Of a stretch of 64,000 nt of DNA, positions 1 to 9,900 are shown piece by piece. The translations under genes were made by a program, and so were the position numbers. Position 1 is the stretch's first letter. Each line of letters begins with the position of its first letter. The notes below the pieces were generated by a model. That model did no database searches. It saw only the letters and a list, made by a program, of their open reading frames with translations, and was not told the DNA's origin. This DNA comes from Callorhinchus milii (taxonomy: Eukaryota): positions 18,292,001 through 18,356,000 of the forward strand of contig NW_024704742.1 of the NCBI RefSeq assembly GCF_018977255.1, in the 5' to 3' direction.

Positions 1-3000
1 AAACAGGGCTGGGGCGAATGTCCTTGCAGACAGGCTAACTAATGCTGTTGGGGAGGGTTTAAACCAGTTTTGAGGGGGAAGGGAATGCAAAAAACGAAGA
101 GCTAGAAAATGGAGAAATAAAACAGGGGGGAAGTGCAGAACAGGTCAAGTCGGTCTTGGAGTGCATGTGCCTAAATGCACAGAGTTTAGCAAACAAGATT
201 GGTGAGCTGCAGGCTCAAGTGGTCATAGGGGGATACGATGTAGTAGCAGTAACAGAGACTTGGCTCAAACAAGGACAGGAATGGGAGCTGAATATTCCTG
301 GCTATAATGTATTCAGGAGGGATAGGGAAGGAAAAAAAGGAGGGGTGTGGCAATGTTAATCAAAGATACGGTTATAGCCGTGGAAAGGGTCGAGGTGCTG
401 GAGGGCCCCAAAACGGAATCTATCTGGTTAGAGTTAAGGAACAAAAAAGGAGCTGTTACGCTGGTAGGGGTATACTATAGACCACCAAATAGTGGGAAGG
501 AAATAGATGAGCAGATCTGCAAGCAGATCTCAGACAGATGCAAGGCCAATAGAGTCGTGATAATGGGGGACTTTAATTATCCCAACATAGACTGGCAAAA
601 CAACAGCGCAAAGGGCAAGGAGGGGGAAAGATTCCTAAAATGCATACAGGACAACTTTCTTGATCAGTACGTTTCCAGCCCAACAAGGAAGGAAGCAGTG
701 CTAGATCTAGTTCTGGGGAATGAAGTAGGGCAAGTGGAGCAGGTTTCAGTGGGAGAGCATCTGGGCAATAGTGATCATAACATCATTAGATTCAGAGTGC
801 ATATGGAAAGAGACAAGGAACCATCTAAGGTGAAGATACTCAACTGGAAGAGGGCAAATTTCAGTGAGTTAAAAAGGGACCTAGCCAAGGTGGACTGGAA
901 AGAAAGATTGGCAGGTAAAACAACTAAAGAGCAGTGAGAAGTCTTCCAGGATGAGATAGCTTGGGGACAGAATAAATACATTCCCACAAAAGGGAAAAGT
1001 AGGGCATCCAAACCTCCCTGGATGACGAAGGTAATTGTATCTAGAATGAAGCAGAAAAAGGAGGCGTATGACAAATGTCAAACCCAAGATACAGAAGACA
1101 ACCAAATAGAATATAGGAAGTGCAGAAGAGGTTTGAAAAAGGAAATAAGAGGGGCAAAAAGATTATACGAAAAAAGGTTAGCGGGTAACATTAAAGGGAA
1201 TTCTAAAATATTTTACAAACATATCAAGAAAAAAAGGTTAGTCAAAGGTAGGGTGGGGCCAATTAAGGATGGAAATCTTATTGTGGAGGCAGAGGGCATG
1301 GCTGATGTACTGAATGAGTTCTTTGCATCTGTCTTCACAAAATAAGTGAATGCACCAAATGCCGCAGTAAGGGAGGAGAGGGTAGAGGAAATGGATAGGA
1401 TAAGTATAAACAGAGAGGAAGTACTGAAAAGGTTGACTGCGCTGAAGGTAGATAAGTCGCCCGGTCCGGACGGGATGCAACCAAGGTTACTATGGGAGGC
1501 ACGGGTACAAATAGCGGAGGCTTTGGCTACAATTTTTCAATCTTCGTTGGACACAGGAGTGGTGCCAGAGGACTGGAGAGTGGCCAATGTGACTCCCTGT
1601 ACAAAAAGGGACAGAAGGACAAACCTGGGAACTACAGGCCAGTCAGCCTAACATCAGTAGTGGGGAAACTCCTGGAGACTATAATCCGGGACAGAATAAA
1701 TCTTCACTTAGAAGAATATGGGTTAATTAGGGACAGCCAACACGGATTTGTTAAAGGCAAATCTTGTCTAACAAATCTAATAGAATTTTTCGATGAGGTA
1801 ACGGAGAGGGTGGATAAAGGTAGTGCAGTTGATGTAGTTTATATGGACTTTCAAAAGGCATTTGACAAAGTGCCACATGAAAGACTTGTAAGAAAGATAG
1901 AAGCCCATGGTATAAAAGGGACAGTGGCAGCATGGATCCAGAACTGGCTGGGAGACAGAAAGCAGAGAGTTGTGGTGAACGGCTGCTTTTCTGACTGGAG
2001 GGAAGTGTACAGTGGTGTCCCCCAGGGATCGGTATTAGGACCACTGCTCTTCTTAATATACATAAATGATCTGGACTTGGGTATAGCAAATACCATTTCC
2101 AAGTTTGTGGACGACACAAAGTTAGGTAGGGTGGTAAACAGTGAGAAGGATAGGAGCCAACTGCAGGAAGACATAGACAGAATGGTAAAATGGGCAGACA
2201 CATGGCAGATGAGTTTCAATGTGGAGAAATGCGAAGTAATGCATTTTGGTAGAAAGAATGAGGGGAGGCAATACAGGCTGGTAATACAATCTTAAGGGGG
2301 TGAAAGAACAGAGAGACCTGGGGGTTCAGGTAAATGAATCCTTGAAGGTGGCAGAACAGGTAGATAAAGCTGGAAAAAAGGCATATGGGATACGAGGCTT
2401 TATAAATAGGGACATATACAAGAGTACAAGAGTCAGGAGGTTATGATTAACCTATATAAAACACTGGTTAGGCCTCAGTTAGAATACTGCGCCCAGTTCT
2501 GGGCACCACACTATAGGAAGGATGTTAAGGCATTGGAAAGGGTGCAGAGGAGATTTACGAGGATGGTACCAGGAATGAGGGACCTTGATTATGAGGAAAG
2601 GCTAGAGAGGCTGGGATTATTCTCATTGGAGCAGAGAAGGTTACGAGGAGACCTAATAGAGGTCTTCAAAATCATGAGGGGATTTGATAGGTTACAAAGG
2701 GAAAAACTGTTTCCACTGGTGGGTGTGTCAGTGACTCGAGGTCACAGATTTAAAATAGTCTCTAAAAGAAGCAGAGGGAGGTGAGAAGAAATTTTTTCAC
2801 GCAGCGAGTTGTTCGAATCTGGAATGCATTGCCTGAAAGGGTGGTCGAGGCCGATTCGATAATAACTTTCAAAAACGCGGTGGATAGGTATTTGAGGAGG
2901 ACGGGTTTGCAGGGTTACGGGGAAAGGGCTGGGGAGTGGGATTGACATTACATTGCTCTTCTCAAAGAGCCGGCACAGACTCGATGGGCCGAATGGCCTC

Positions 3001-3043
3001 TTTTTGTTCTGTACAATTCTGTGAATCTACGATTCTATGATTC
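1..3043 (+). mobile_element. CR1-clade LINE: end of ORF1, disrupted ORF2 (APE endonuclease + RT) and 3'UTR; intronic and antisense to MAP9
   Basis: ORF1 C-terminus ...ANVLADRLTNAVGEGLN at 2-63. EN motifs VTETW, GVYYRPP, MGDFNYP, SDHN. RT motifs PGNYRPVSLTS, QHGF, DFQKAFD, GVPQGSVLGP, FVDD. Several stops and frameshifts (~350, 935, 1343, ~1597, ~2281, 2782). Ends in a GATTCTAT-type tail. Confidence 0.97.
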
Positions 3044-3760
3044 ATTTGCAATAGTTTTATGCATGCTCTATTCATAAAAGTACAATGTACAATGTGACTT
3101 ACTAAACCAAAGATTGTAGTGCAAATAGAAACGTGAAGAGAATTACGTCAATATCAAAAGCAGCCTTAAAAGACTTGAAATGCTATTTCTAACAGCTGCC
3201 ACAGAGAGTTCAACTTCTAATCCTTTCTCAGATTCATAGCAACAAACATCCGTGAAAGTAAAAGATGATGTATCTGCCTGCTACCAATTTTTTTTATTTC
3301 ACTTGCTTATAGTTACACAATATGCTATTACATGGAGAGAAAATCATTGGTCTTCATTTATGGATGTTAAAGACCTTTAGGTCATAAACAGGACACAAGG
3401 GAATTACGATGGTCCTAGATGAATGAAACAAATGTCTGGAACTGTCTATCACTGGCCCAATTCTATTTTGTCTGTCGGAACAAATGATTTGTTGAATCCT
3501 TGGCTGTATTTCGATTAATTCTAAAGCAATAAATATTGTTGTCAACCACTACTGGAAAGTTCACTCGGGTGTAACGATCGGGTGTATTTTTTGTCTAATA
3601 GGTTCCTTGTCTCAGGGTATGTGTCACCCACAAATATACAGTCAATTGACAGACGTTTAGAAGGCGTGAAAAACGCTATATCAAATGCAAGGATTATTAT
3701 TATTGTTATAACCAAAACCTCATTAGGCACATGTCACACATACAAAAATGCAAGAAATAC

Positions 3761-4063
3761 CTGGAACTGGAGTTGATTTCATTCTGTGATTTCTTGGTTG
3801 AGGTTTAGGCAATTTTTCCTCTTCCTCACTGCCCTTCTCTTCCCATTTGTTACTCCCTTCTAAATTATGGCAAGATGGTAGATTGTAGTCACATTCCGCT
3901 GAAACATTTGGACTGTCCTTTCTTCGGCTTTTCAAGAAGGAGATTTTTTGGGGTTTCTCTTCTTCATCATCTGAGAGTATAAAATTGTTTCCAGGGTTTT
4001 TCTTCCTACTTGCTTTCCCAGATCTTTTACATTTCTTTGTGCTCATGGAACTCTTCAATATAT
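3761..4063 (-). CDS. MAP9: MAP9 third coding exon: (D)ILKSSMSTKK...NNFILSDDEEEKPQKISFLK...PKPQPRNHRMKSTPVP
   Basis: Acceptor ttttcag| and donor CAG|gtattt; 303 nt, phase 1 to 1 and in frame with the previous exon. The F.ISDDEE..P.K..FLK and KP.PR motifs match MAP9. Downstream exons lie beyond the window start or were not recognised. Confidence 0.88.
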
Positions 4064-5141
4064 CTGAAAACCAGAAAAAAACAGTGATAGCATGTTATTT
4101 TTTTATTTTACAATATGTCATTTTGAATGCCATATCCCTCTTGTTGCCCCTATTCAGGGTAGAAACCAGAATAAATGATTGGGGGTTCACACTCAATCTT
4201 GAGTTGGGTTTCTAACGACTGGAAAATATTTTGTGCTGCTTTTCTCAATCCAAGCAGAGGCATTTTACCTGCACGAGTGGGCTGAGAAACAAAAATGGAA
4301 GACATGAATTTAAAGTTCGGAGTCCCCAATGATTCAAAATGGACAGTAATCTATTCCCGGGTTTGGCTATCTATCTTAATGTGTTTAATGATCCCGGTAT
4401 TATCATCCCTCACCTTAACAGCAAATCAGTTTCCGGCCATTGTTATGCCTCACATTATTTAAAATTGTATTAATAGTAATACATGTAAACAGTTAACCCT
4501 GTGGGTTTGACTCCGGAGGTCCTCAGAACAGCAGATAAAGTGTATGGTATGTACTGCAGAGATCTAAGAGCAAAGTGATGACTATTAAAGAATAGCCAGT
4601 TCAGAATAACAACTACAGTTTAAAAACAAAACCAGCAGCTCCTTCCAGTGTTTGCCTTAGCTGAATAGATTCAACTTGATATAGTTTAGGACAGGAATAT
4701 TCCAGTATTCCTATTGCTTCTGTCAGGAAAATCTCTTCTATAAAGCACTGCATTAATATTTTTTTCATTATCTGGTCGCAGTGAATTCCAAACTTATGAC
4801 AAAATCCATCAAGGACTGTACAAAAGCCATCGAGGGCTGTAGATATATGAATTCTGTTGGTGTTTCAGGTGGCAGTGCTAGTGAAAAGGTACCCTAGTAT
4901 AGTTCACAACCTTAAGAAAAAAGGGGATAAAGTTGGGGATAATGTCAATGTCATTTTTTGACATTATTGAAATCTGTTAATTTTGTTTCCATTTTTTAGA
5001 ATTACATTCGGTGTTTCATTTTTCATTATATTTTAAACGGAGAGATGAATACATGTTCACCACATTTAATTCAAGTACATTTTTACCACCTCGACCAAGA
5101 TGAAATAAACTGAAGCCATTTTCAATGTTGTGTGTTCTCAC

Positions 5142-5256
5142 CATCATCATCACCATCATTGTTGTCGTCATAATCGTCAAAGTCACTAAGGTAATCATTT
5201 TCTTCAACTGCAATCTGCTTTGCCATTCTGGCAGCAACTGCCTTGTGGAGTTCATG
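5142..5256 (-). CDS. MAP9: MAP9 second coding exon: HELHKAVAARMAKQIAVEENDYLSDFDDYDDNNDGDDD
   Basis: Acceptor ttag| and donor G|gtgaga; 115 nt, phase 0 to 1. Resembles the MAP9 segment DELIRAITARSARQ...YSDDFDSD. Confidence 0.9.
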
Positions 5257-5576
5257 CTAAATTAATAGAAAACATTCAAAATGATGAACTTTCATTTTTG
5301 TTTATCTCGGCATCAACCAAAAATAAAAAATTAATCATTGGATTTGATATAGCATCTTTCAGGATGGCAGGTATCTCAAAGCACTTCACAGAATATATAT
5401 TGTAAAGTGTTATGACTGTGTATTTGTGAGTGAAATGAGTGAAACTAGAAAATGAAAAAATATTTTGGGGAATGGGGCTATGAGATCTTTTTATTAAAAC
5501 AATATATATTCCACAAAAATGATTAAATAAAAGAAACACACCGTGAAAGAAACCAAAACGTCTGCATGGTTCATGA

Positions 5577-5780
5577 TTGGCTCAAGTGTGTCGTACTCTC
5601 ACCTCTGAGTCAGAAGGTTGTGGGTTCAAGACCCACATTGGGACTTGGAACTCATATAGTCTAAGCTGACAATTGTTGGAGATGTGACATTAAACTGAGT
5701 CTGCTAGTTCAAGTGGACATTAAACAGCCTAGACACTATTCAAAAAAGAGAAGACTTTCTCCAGGTGTCCTTGGCAATAA
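5577..5780 (+). mobile_element. Older DeuSINE 5' part; similar pieces at ~14230-14430 (-), ~17830-17940 (+) and ~47885-48100 (-)
   Basis: ctctcacctctgagtcagaaggttgtgggttcaag head. Confidence 0.75.
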
Positions 5781-7452
5781 TATTCCAAATCAAAATCGTC
5801 AGCCTCGCCTTCAAAGCTCTCCATGGCCTTGCTCCTTCCCATCTCTGTGACCGGCTAACTCCATATTGATCTGCCTGCTCCTTCCGCTCAGCAGGCCTGC
5901 ATCATGTTCCCTGACCAGCCCACCCCACCATCGGTGGTCGGACCTTCAGCCACTCTGCTCCCATCCTTTGGAACTCCCATCACACAGTCCCTTCATCTTG
6001 CTCCCTCCCTTACCTCCTTCAACAACAGCAACAACACATTTGTACAGCGCCTTTCACATCAGGAGGACGTCTCAAGGCGCGGACAGACAGAGCCACAAAC
6101 CCGAGCTAGGTTCCGGGTGGGGGAGTGGGGAGGACAGGGGGATAAGGAGGGAGATCGAAAACACGCTCGAAGAGGAGGTCTTGAGGTGGGTCTTCAAAGT
6201 GGTGAGGGAGGGGGTGAGACGGAGGAACTGCGGGATGGAGTTCCAGAGGGTGGGTGCAGAGTGGCGGAAGGCCCGCCTGCCAATAGTGGGGCGAGCAAGG
6301 TGGGGATGTGAAGCAGGCTGGAGCCCGCTGAGTGGAGGGAGCAACAGGGTGGCAGGGGGTTGGGAGGTCGGAGAGATAGGGGGGAGCAAGACCATGGAGG
6401 GCTTTGAAGGTGAGGACCAGGATCTTGAATTGTATCCTGTGTGATGAGAAGTCAATGGAGTTGGGCAAGGATGGACATGGGCAGGAGAGGACATGGGCTG
6501 CAGAGCTCTGGATGATCTGCAGCTTGTGGAGGGAGGAGTCGGGGAGGCTGACAAGCAGTGAGTTTGCATAGTTGAGCCTCAACGTAATGAAGACGTGTAT
6601 GAGGGTTTTGGCGGCCTGCGGTGTGAGGGAGTGTTGGAGCCAGGAGACGTTGTGGAGGTGGGGGAAAGCAGAGCGGATCATAGCGCAGATGTGGGGTAGA
6701 AAGGATAGTTGAGGGTCAAACAAGCGCAGGCGGTGTAAGAGATACGATCTGAACCAGTCAAGGACAGCGCCGTTGAGGTGAGAGGAAAGGAGAGGTGCTG
6801 GATGAAGATAGAGTGGTCGATGGTTTTGAAAACAGCAGAGGTCAAGGAGGCAGAGGGAGCCCTGGTCCCAGATGGACAGAATATTATTTGTTATTTAGAC
6901 CAGGTTTCTGCTGTGAGCGATATGGAAGCCCGATTGGAGGGGTTCGAGAAGGGAGTGGCAGGAGAGGAAGGAGTGAAGCTGAGAAGCAAGGACCTCCAGG
7001 ACCTTGGAGAGGAAGGGGAGGTTGGAGATGGGGCAGTAGGTAGGGAGTAGAGAAGGGCCCAGGGAGGGTTTTTTAAGGATAGGAGTGATGACAGTGTTTT
7101 TTAAAGGAGTGGGAACAGTACCAGAGGACAGGGAGAGGTTAACGATATCAGTGAGTAGAGCGGCAAGGAGGTGGAGCTGGGAAGTAAGGAGTGGGGTAGG
7201 GGTGGGGTCGAGGGAGCAAGTGGTGGGTTTCATACGGATTATGGTGGTGATGAGAGGAGGGGGAGATGGGTTCAAAGGTGTGGAGGCGTGTCTCAAGACT
7301 CTCCTCTTCGACAACACTTTAGTTCACCTTCCTACCCATACCCTCCATCCCTCCTGATGCCAACCACCTGTTCGGATCCAAATCCTTGACAGTCCAGCAC
7401 TTTAGGATGTCCTCCCGACACAAAAGGCACTATACAAATGTAATTGTTGTTG
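5780..7452 (+). mobile_element. L2 3' end split into 5780-6020 and 7291-7452
   Basis: FKALHGLAP segment; the sequence resumes at tctcaagactctcctcttcgac and ends in a stem-loop plus (GTT)n. Confidence 0.8.
6020..7290 (-). mobile_element. L2-clade LINE fragment, internally deleted, nested in a plus-strand L2 3' end
   Basis: PISNLPFLSKVLE, LQSGF, RLNYANSLL and RIQFKILVLTFKALHGLAPPYLSDL motifs; (GTT)n tail at ~6020-6036. Confidence 0.92.
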
Positions 7453-7753
7453 CTAAACTGAGATCCTGTCTACATGATCTGGTGTATTTAAGTGCTCTAC
7501 CCTGTGTGGAAGGCACTATATAAGTGCAAGTTGTTGTTGCGGATGTTCTGTCCTATTCGGAAACCTGAAGGGAGTTTGTCCTAGTTTCCTGGACAACAAT
7601 CTCTCAATGAGTTGGTTATTCCCACATGGCTGTTTTGGGGCAGCTTGTTTGCACAAAATGCTTTGCGCCTACAGAAACAATCACCGCTTAAATTACTGTA
7701 AAGAATTTAATGAGACAGTCTGATGTAAGGATTCCTTAAAAGTTATTACTTAC

Positions 7754-7837
7754 TTGAAAAGCTGTTTTTCTAGCAACTTTAGGGCTTTTCTTGTAGTTGT
7801 AGGCTAAAGTGGTAGAAAAATCATCTTCATCTGACAT
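7754..7837 (-). CDS. MAP9: MAP9 (microtubule-associated protein 9/ASAP), first coding exon: MSDEDDFSTTLAYNYKKSPKVARKTAFQ. The whole exon is 7754-7860, including 23 nt of 5'UTR
   Basis: Peptide closely matches the MAP9 N-terminus as I recall it (MSDEVFSTTLAYTKSPKVTKRTTFQ). Acceptor ttttgtttcttgcag precedes 7860; donor CAA|gtaagt at 7753; phase 0. Confidence 0.93.
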
Positions 7838-8689
7838 TTTTATTATATTTACAGGAAGATCTGCAAGAAACAAAATATCAAATTGAAATGTCTGCATTAA
7901 ATTCCAAAATATTATTATGGTTATCAACAATAAATATCAACATAATAACATTTTAGTAACCTTACTAAATGCTGTATTAGTAAATATCGAAGAAGATTTT
8001 CAACTGTCAAATTAATGTTAAAGAAACTAGTTCCTGTTTCTGCTACAACATAGCTCACAGTTAAAGACTTTGTGATAGACCCTGAATAAATATTCTCACA
8101 TCCTTTAAGTAAATATAAATAACTACAGTATATGCATACAAAAGGGTGATATTGTTCATTTATTTTTGATGCTTTTAATGCAGAAAAACTGGAAATATGG
8201 CCACTGCTTGCAGTGGCAATCAATGAGTGTTATGACAGCACTGTATCCTGTTGATCAAGATGACATGACTGCTTATGTTATAACGCTGAAACAGGCGACA
8301 ATGTAATTATGTTTACAACTATAATTAACATTATAGTGAGATTGGTATGGCTGAGTATGTGTAATTTGCTGCTATTATAATAGCAATCTCTGTCTCCAGG
8401 AATCTTTTTACAAAAGAAAATGCATTAAATTAAAAGATGTAAATAATTTCAAAATGGATTGAATAACTTTTTAGGACCATTTTAATATTCTGTACATTAG
8501 AGCTGTATTTATACAAAGGTGTGAAGTACATGTTATTCACTTGTGCAATATGCCATCTAGAGTATCCAGGCAGTTACTACTCTGTAAAACATTACAATCA
8601 TTTATCATTTTACCCTTAGACATTTCAAAGTTCCTGATAATCTCTAAGAATTCCAGGAGTAAAGCTGGGGGAACGGATTTCGAACAAAC

Positions 8690-9251
8690 GTATTTGAATG
8701 ATTTGTTCAGTATTTGGATCCATCCGACCTTCAGTGGGAAAGAGGTTTATTTTTTGGGGGTGGGGGGGGGGGGGGGGGTGGCGGAGCGTGTTTATTTTCC
8801 AAGTTTCTTTTCGACTGCGCCTGTGGTCACCGTCCCGTCCCCCCCCCGCCCCGGCTCGGTCCCGGGAACCGGGAGTCCTGTAGCTCAGTGGTTAGAGCAC
8901 TCGCTTTGCAAGTGAGAGACCTGAGTTCAATTCCAGGCAGAGGGCGAAACCTTGGGCAAGTTTCCTTACTCCACACAGAGCCTAATAATAATCCTCCAAA
9001 AACCGAAAACAATAATAAATTGGTCATTTTCAATCTACGACTGTTTGTGGGACATTGCTGTGCGCAATTGGCTGCCGCGTTCGCCCACAAATATACAGTC
9101 AATTCACTTTACAGTATATTCTGTGAAGCGCTTTGGGACGTCCTCCCGACGTGAAAAGCGCTATATCAAATGCAAGGATTATTATTATTATTATTAACTG
9201 TAAAGTGCTCTGAGACGCCGCCCGGCGTGGAGGGCGCTATATAAAACCAAG

Positions 9252-9272
<21 letters not shown>
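8690..9272 (+). mobile_element. L2 3' end (tail type gagacgccgcccggcgt) split by a SINE
   Basis: Joining 8690-8870 to 9193-9272 reproduces the reverse complement of the L2 tail at 53487-53580. Confidence 0.8.
8871..9193 (+). mobile_element. tRNA(Ala-like)-headed SINE, short variant, full length
   Basis: A box TAGCTCAGTGG; TGC anticodon-like loop; B box GAGTTCAATTCC; CCTTGGGCAAGT core-like segment; Deu-like 3' part; L2-like stem-loop; (ATT)n tail. Confidence 0.92.
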
Positions 9273-9283
<11 letters not shown>

Positions 9284-9364
9284 ACACACACAGACACCTA
9301 TCCCTTTGGTTAAATGTATCCAAACTAAACCGCTGACACACAGACTGGGGATATAGAAACACAG

Positions 9365-9755
9365 ACTGTACTCAGGGTGTGGACAGATGAAACCTGTGCT
9401 CAGGATTTGCACATATACATAACACACAAAGACTGCACTCAGGTTGTACACACAAACACACTACTCGGGGTGTACACACACGCACACACTGTACTCGGGG
9501 TGTACACACACACACTGTACTCGGGGTGTACACACACTCACTGTACTCTGGGTGTACACACACACACACACACTGTACTCGGGGTGTACACACACACACA
9601 CACTGTACTCGGGGTGTACACACACACACACTGTACTCGGGGTGTACACACACACACTGTAACAAGTGTGTACACACACTCACTGTACTCGGGGTGTACA
9701 CACACTCACTGTACTCGGGGTGTACACTCACTGTACTCGGGGTACACACACTCAC
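9365..9755. repeat. Minisatellite, unit CTGTACTCGGGGTGTACA(CA)n, ~24-34 bp
   Basis: About a dozen tandem units seen directly. Confidence 0.95.
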
Positions 9756-9815
9756 GGCCTCTGTGTGTGTGTGTGTGAGTGTGTGTGTGAATCTCCAGGT
9801 GAAGCTTCTCGGTCG

Positions 9816-9828
9816 GTAACCAGGGAAC
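9816..9828. promoter_or_regulatory. RFX X-box-like motif GTAACCAGGGAAC
   Basis: One mismatch to GTNRCC(N0-3)RGYAAC; lies in the putative promoter. Confidence 0.5.
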
Positions 9829-9836
9829 CAGGAAGG

Positions 9837-9863
9837 CATCATCATCATCATCATCATCATCAT
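9837..9863. repeat. (CAT)9 microsatellite
   Basis: Seen directly. Confidence 0.95.
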
Positions 9864-9873
9864 CCTCCAGGTA

Positions 9874-9891
9874 CAGCGCCACCTACAGACC
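9874..9891 (-). promoter_or_regulatory. CTCF-like motif GGTCTGTAGGTGGCGCTG
   Basis: Core AGGTGGCGCTG matches the CTCF consensus; the 5' half is imperfect. Confidence 0.4.
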
Positions 9892-9900
9892 GGAGGCCAG

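Larger units (their letters stand above)
9756..9900 (-). promoter_or_regulatory. MAP9: Probable MAP9 promoter and non-coding exon 1
   Basis: A GC/CpG-containing non-repeat island upstream of the ATG exon, which itself begins with a splice acceptor. Consensus donor GCC|gtgagt at 9755; X-box-like motif at 9816-9828; CTCF-like motif at 9874-9891. Confidence 0.6.

Noticed and set aside
1..3043. Active LINE or host reverse transcriptase gene
   Set aside because: Multiple stops and frameshifts; FADD altered to FVDD
3408..3520. Possible next MAP9 exon (tttag|...ATC|gtaatt; ELIEIQPRIQQ...)
   Set aside because: Splice sites and phase are plausible, but the peptide has no similarity to MAP9 that I can recognise; unsupported without RNA data
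8756..8781. Poly-G tract as a functional G-quadruplex
   Set aside because: Lies within a decayed L2 fragment, and homopolymer length is unreliable
8871..8945. tRNA-Ala(TGC) gene
   Set aside because: No acceptor stem or terminator; it continues into a SINE body and recurs as SINE heads throughout the window
9365..9755. CRISPR-like repeat-spacer array
   Set aside because: The spacers are only (CA)n length variants; eukaryotic context; no cas genes
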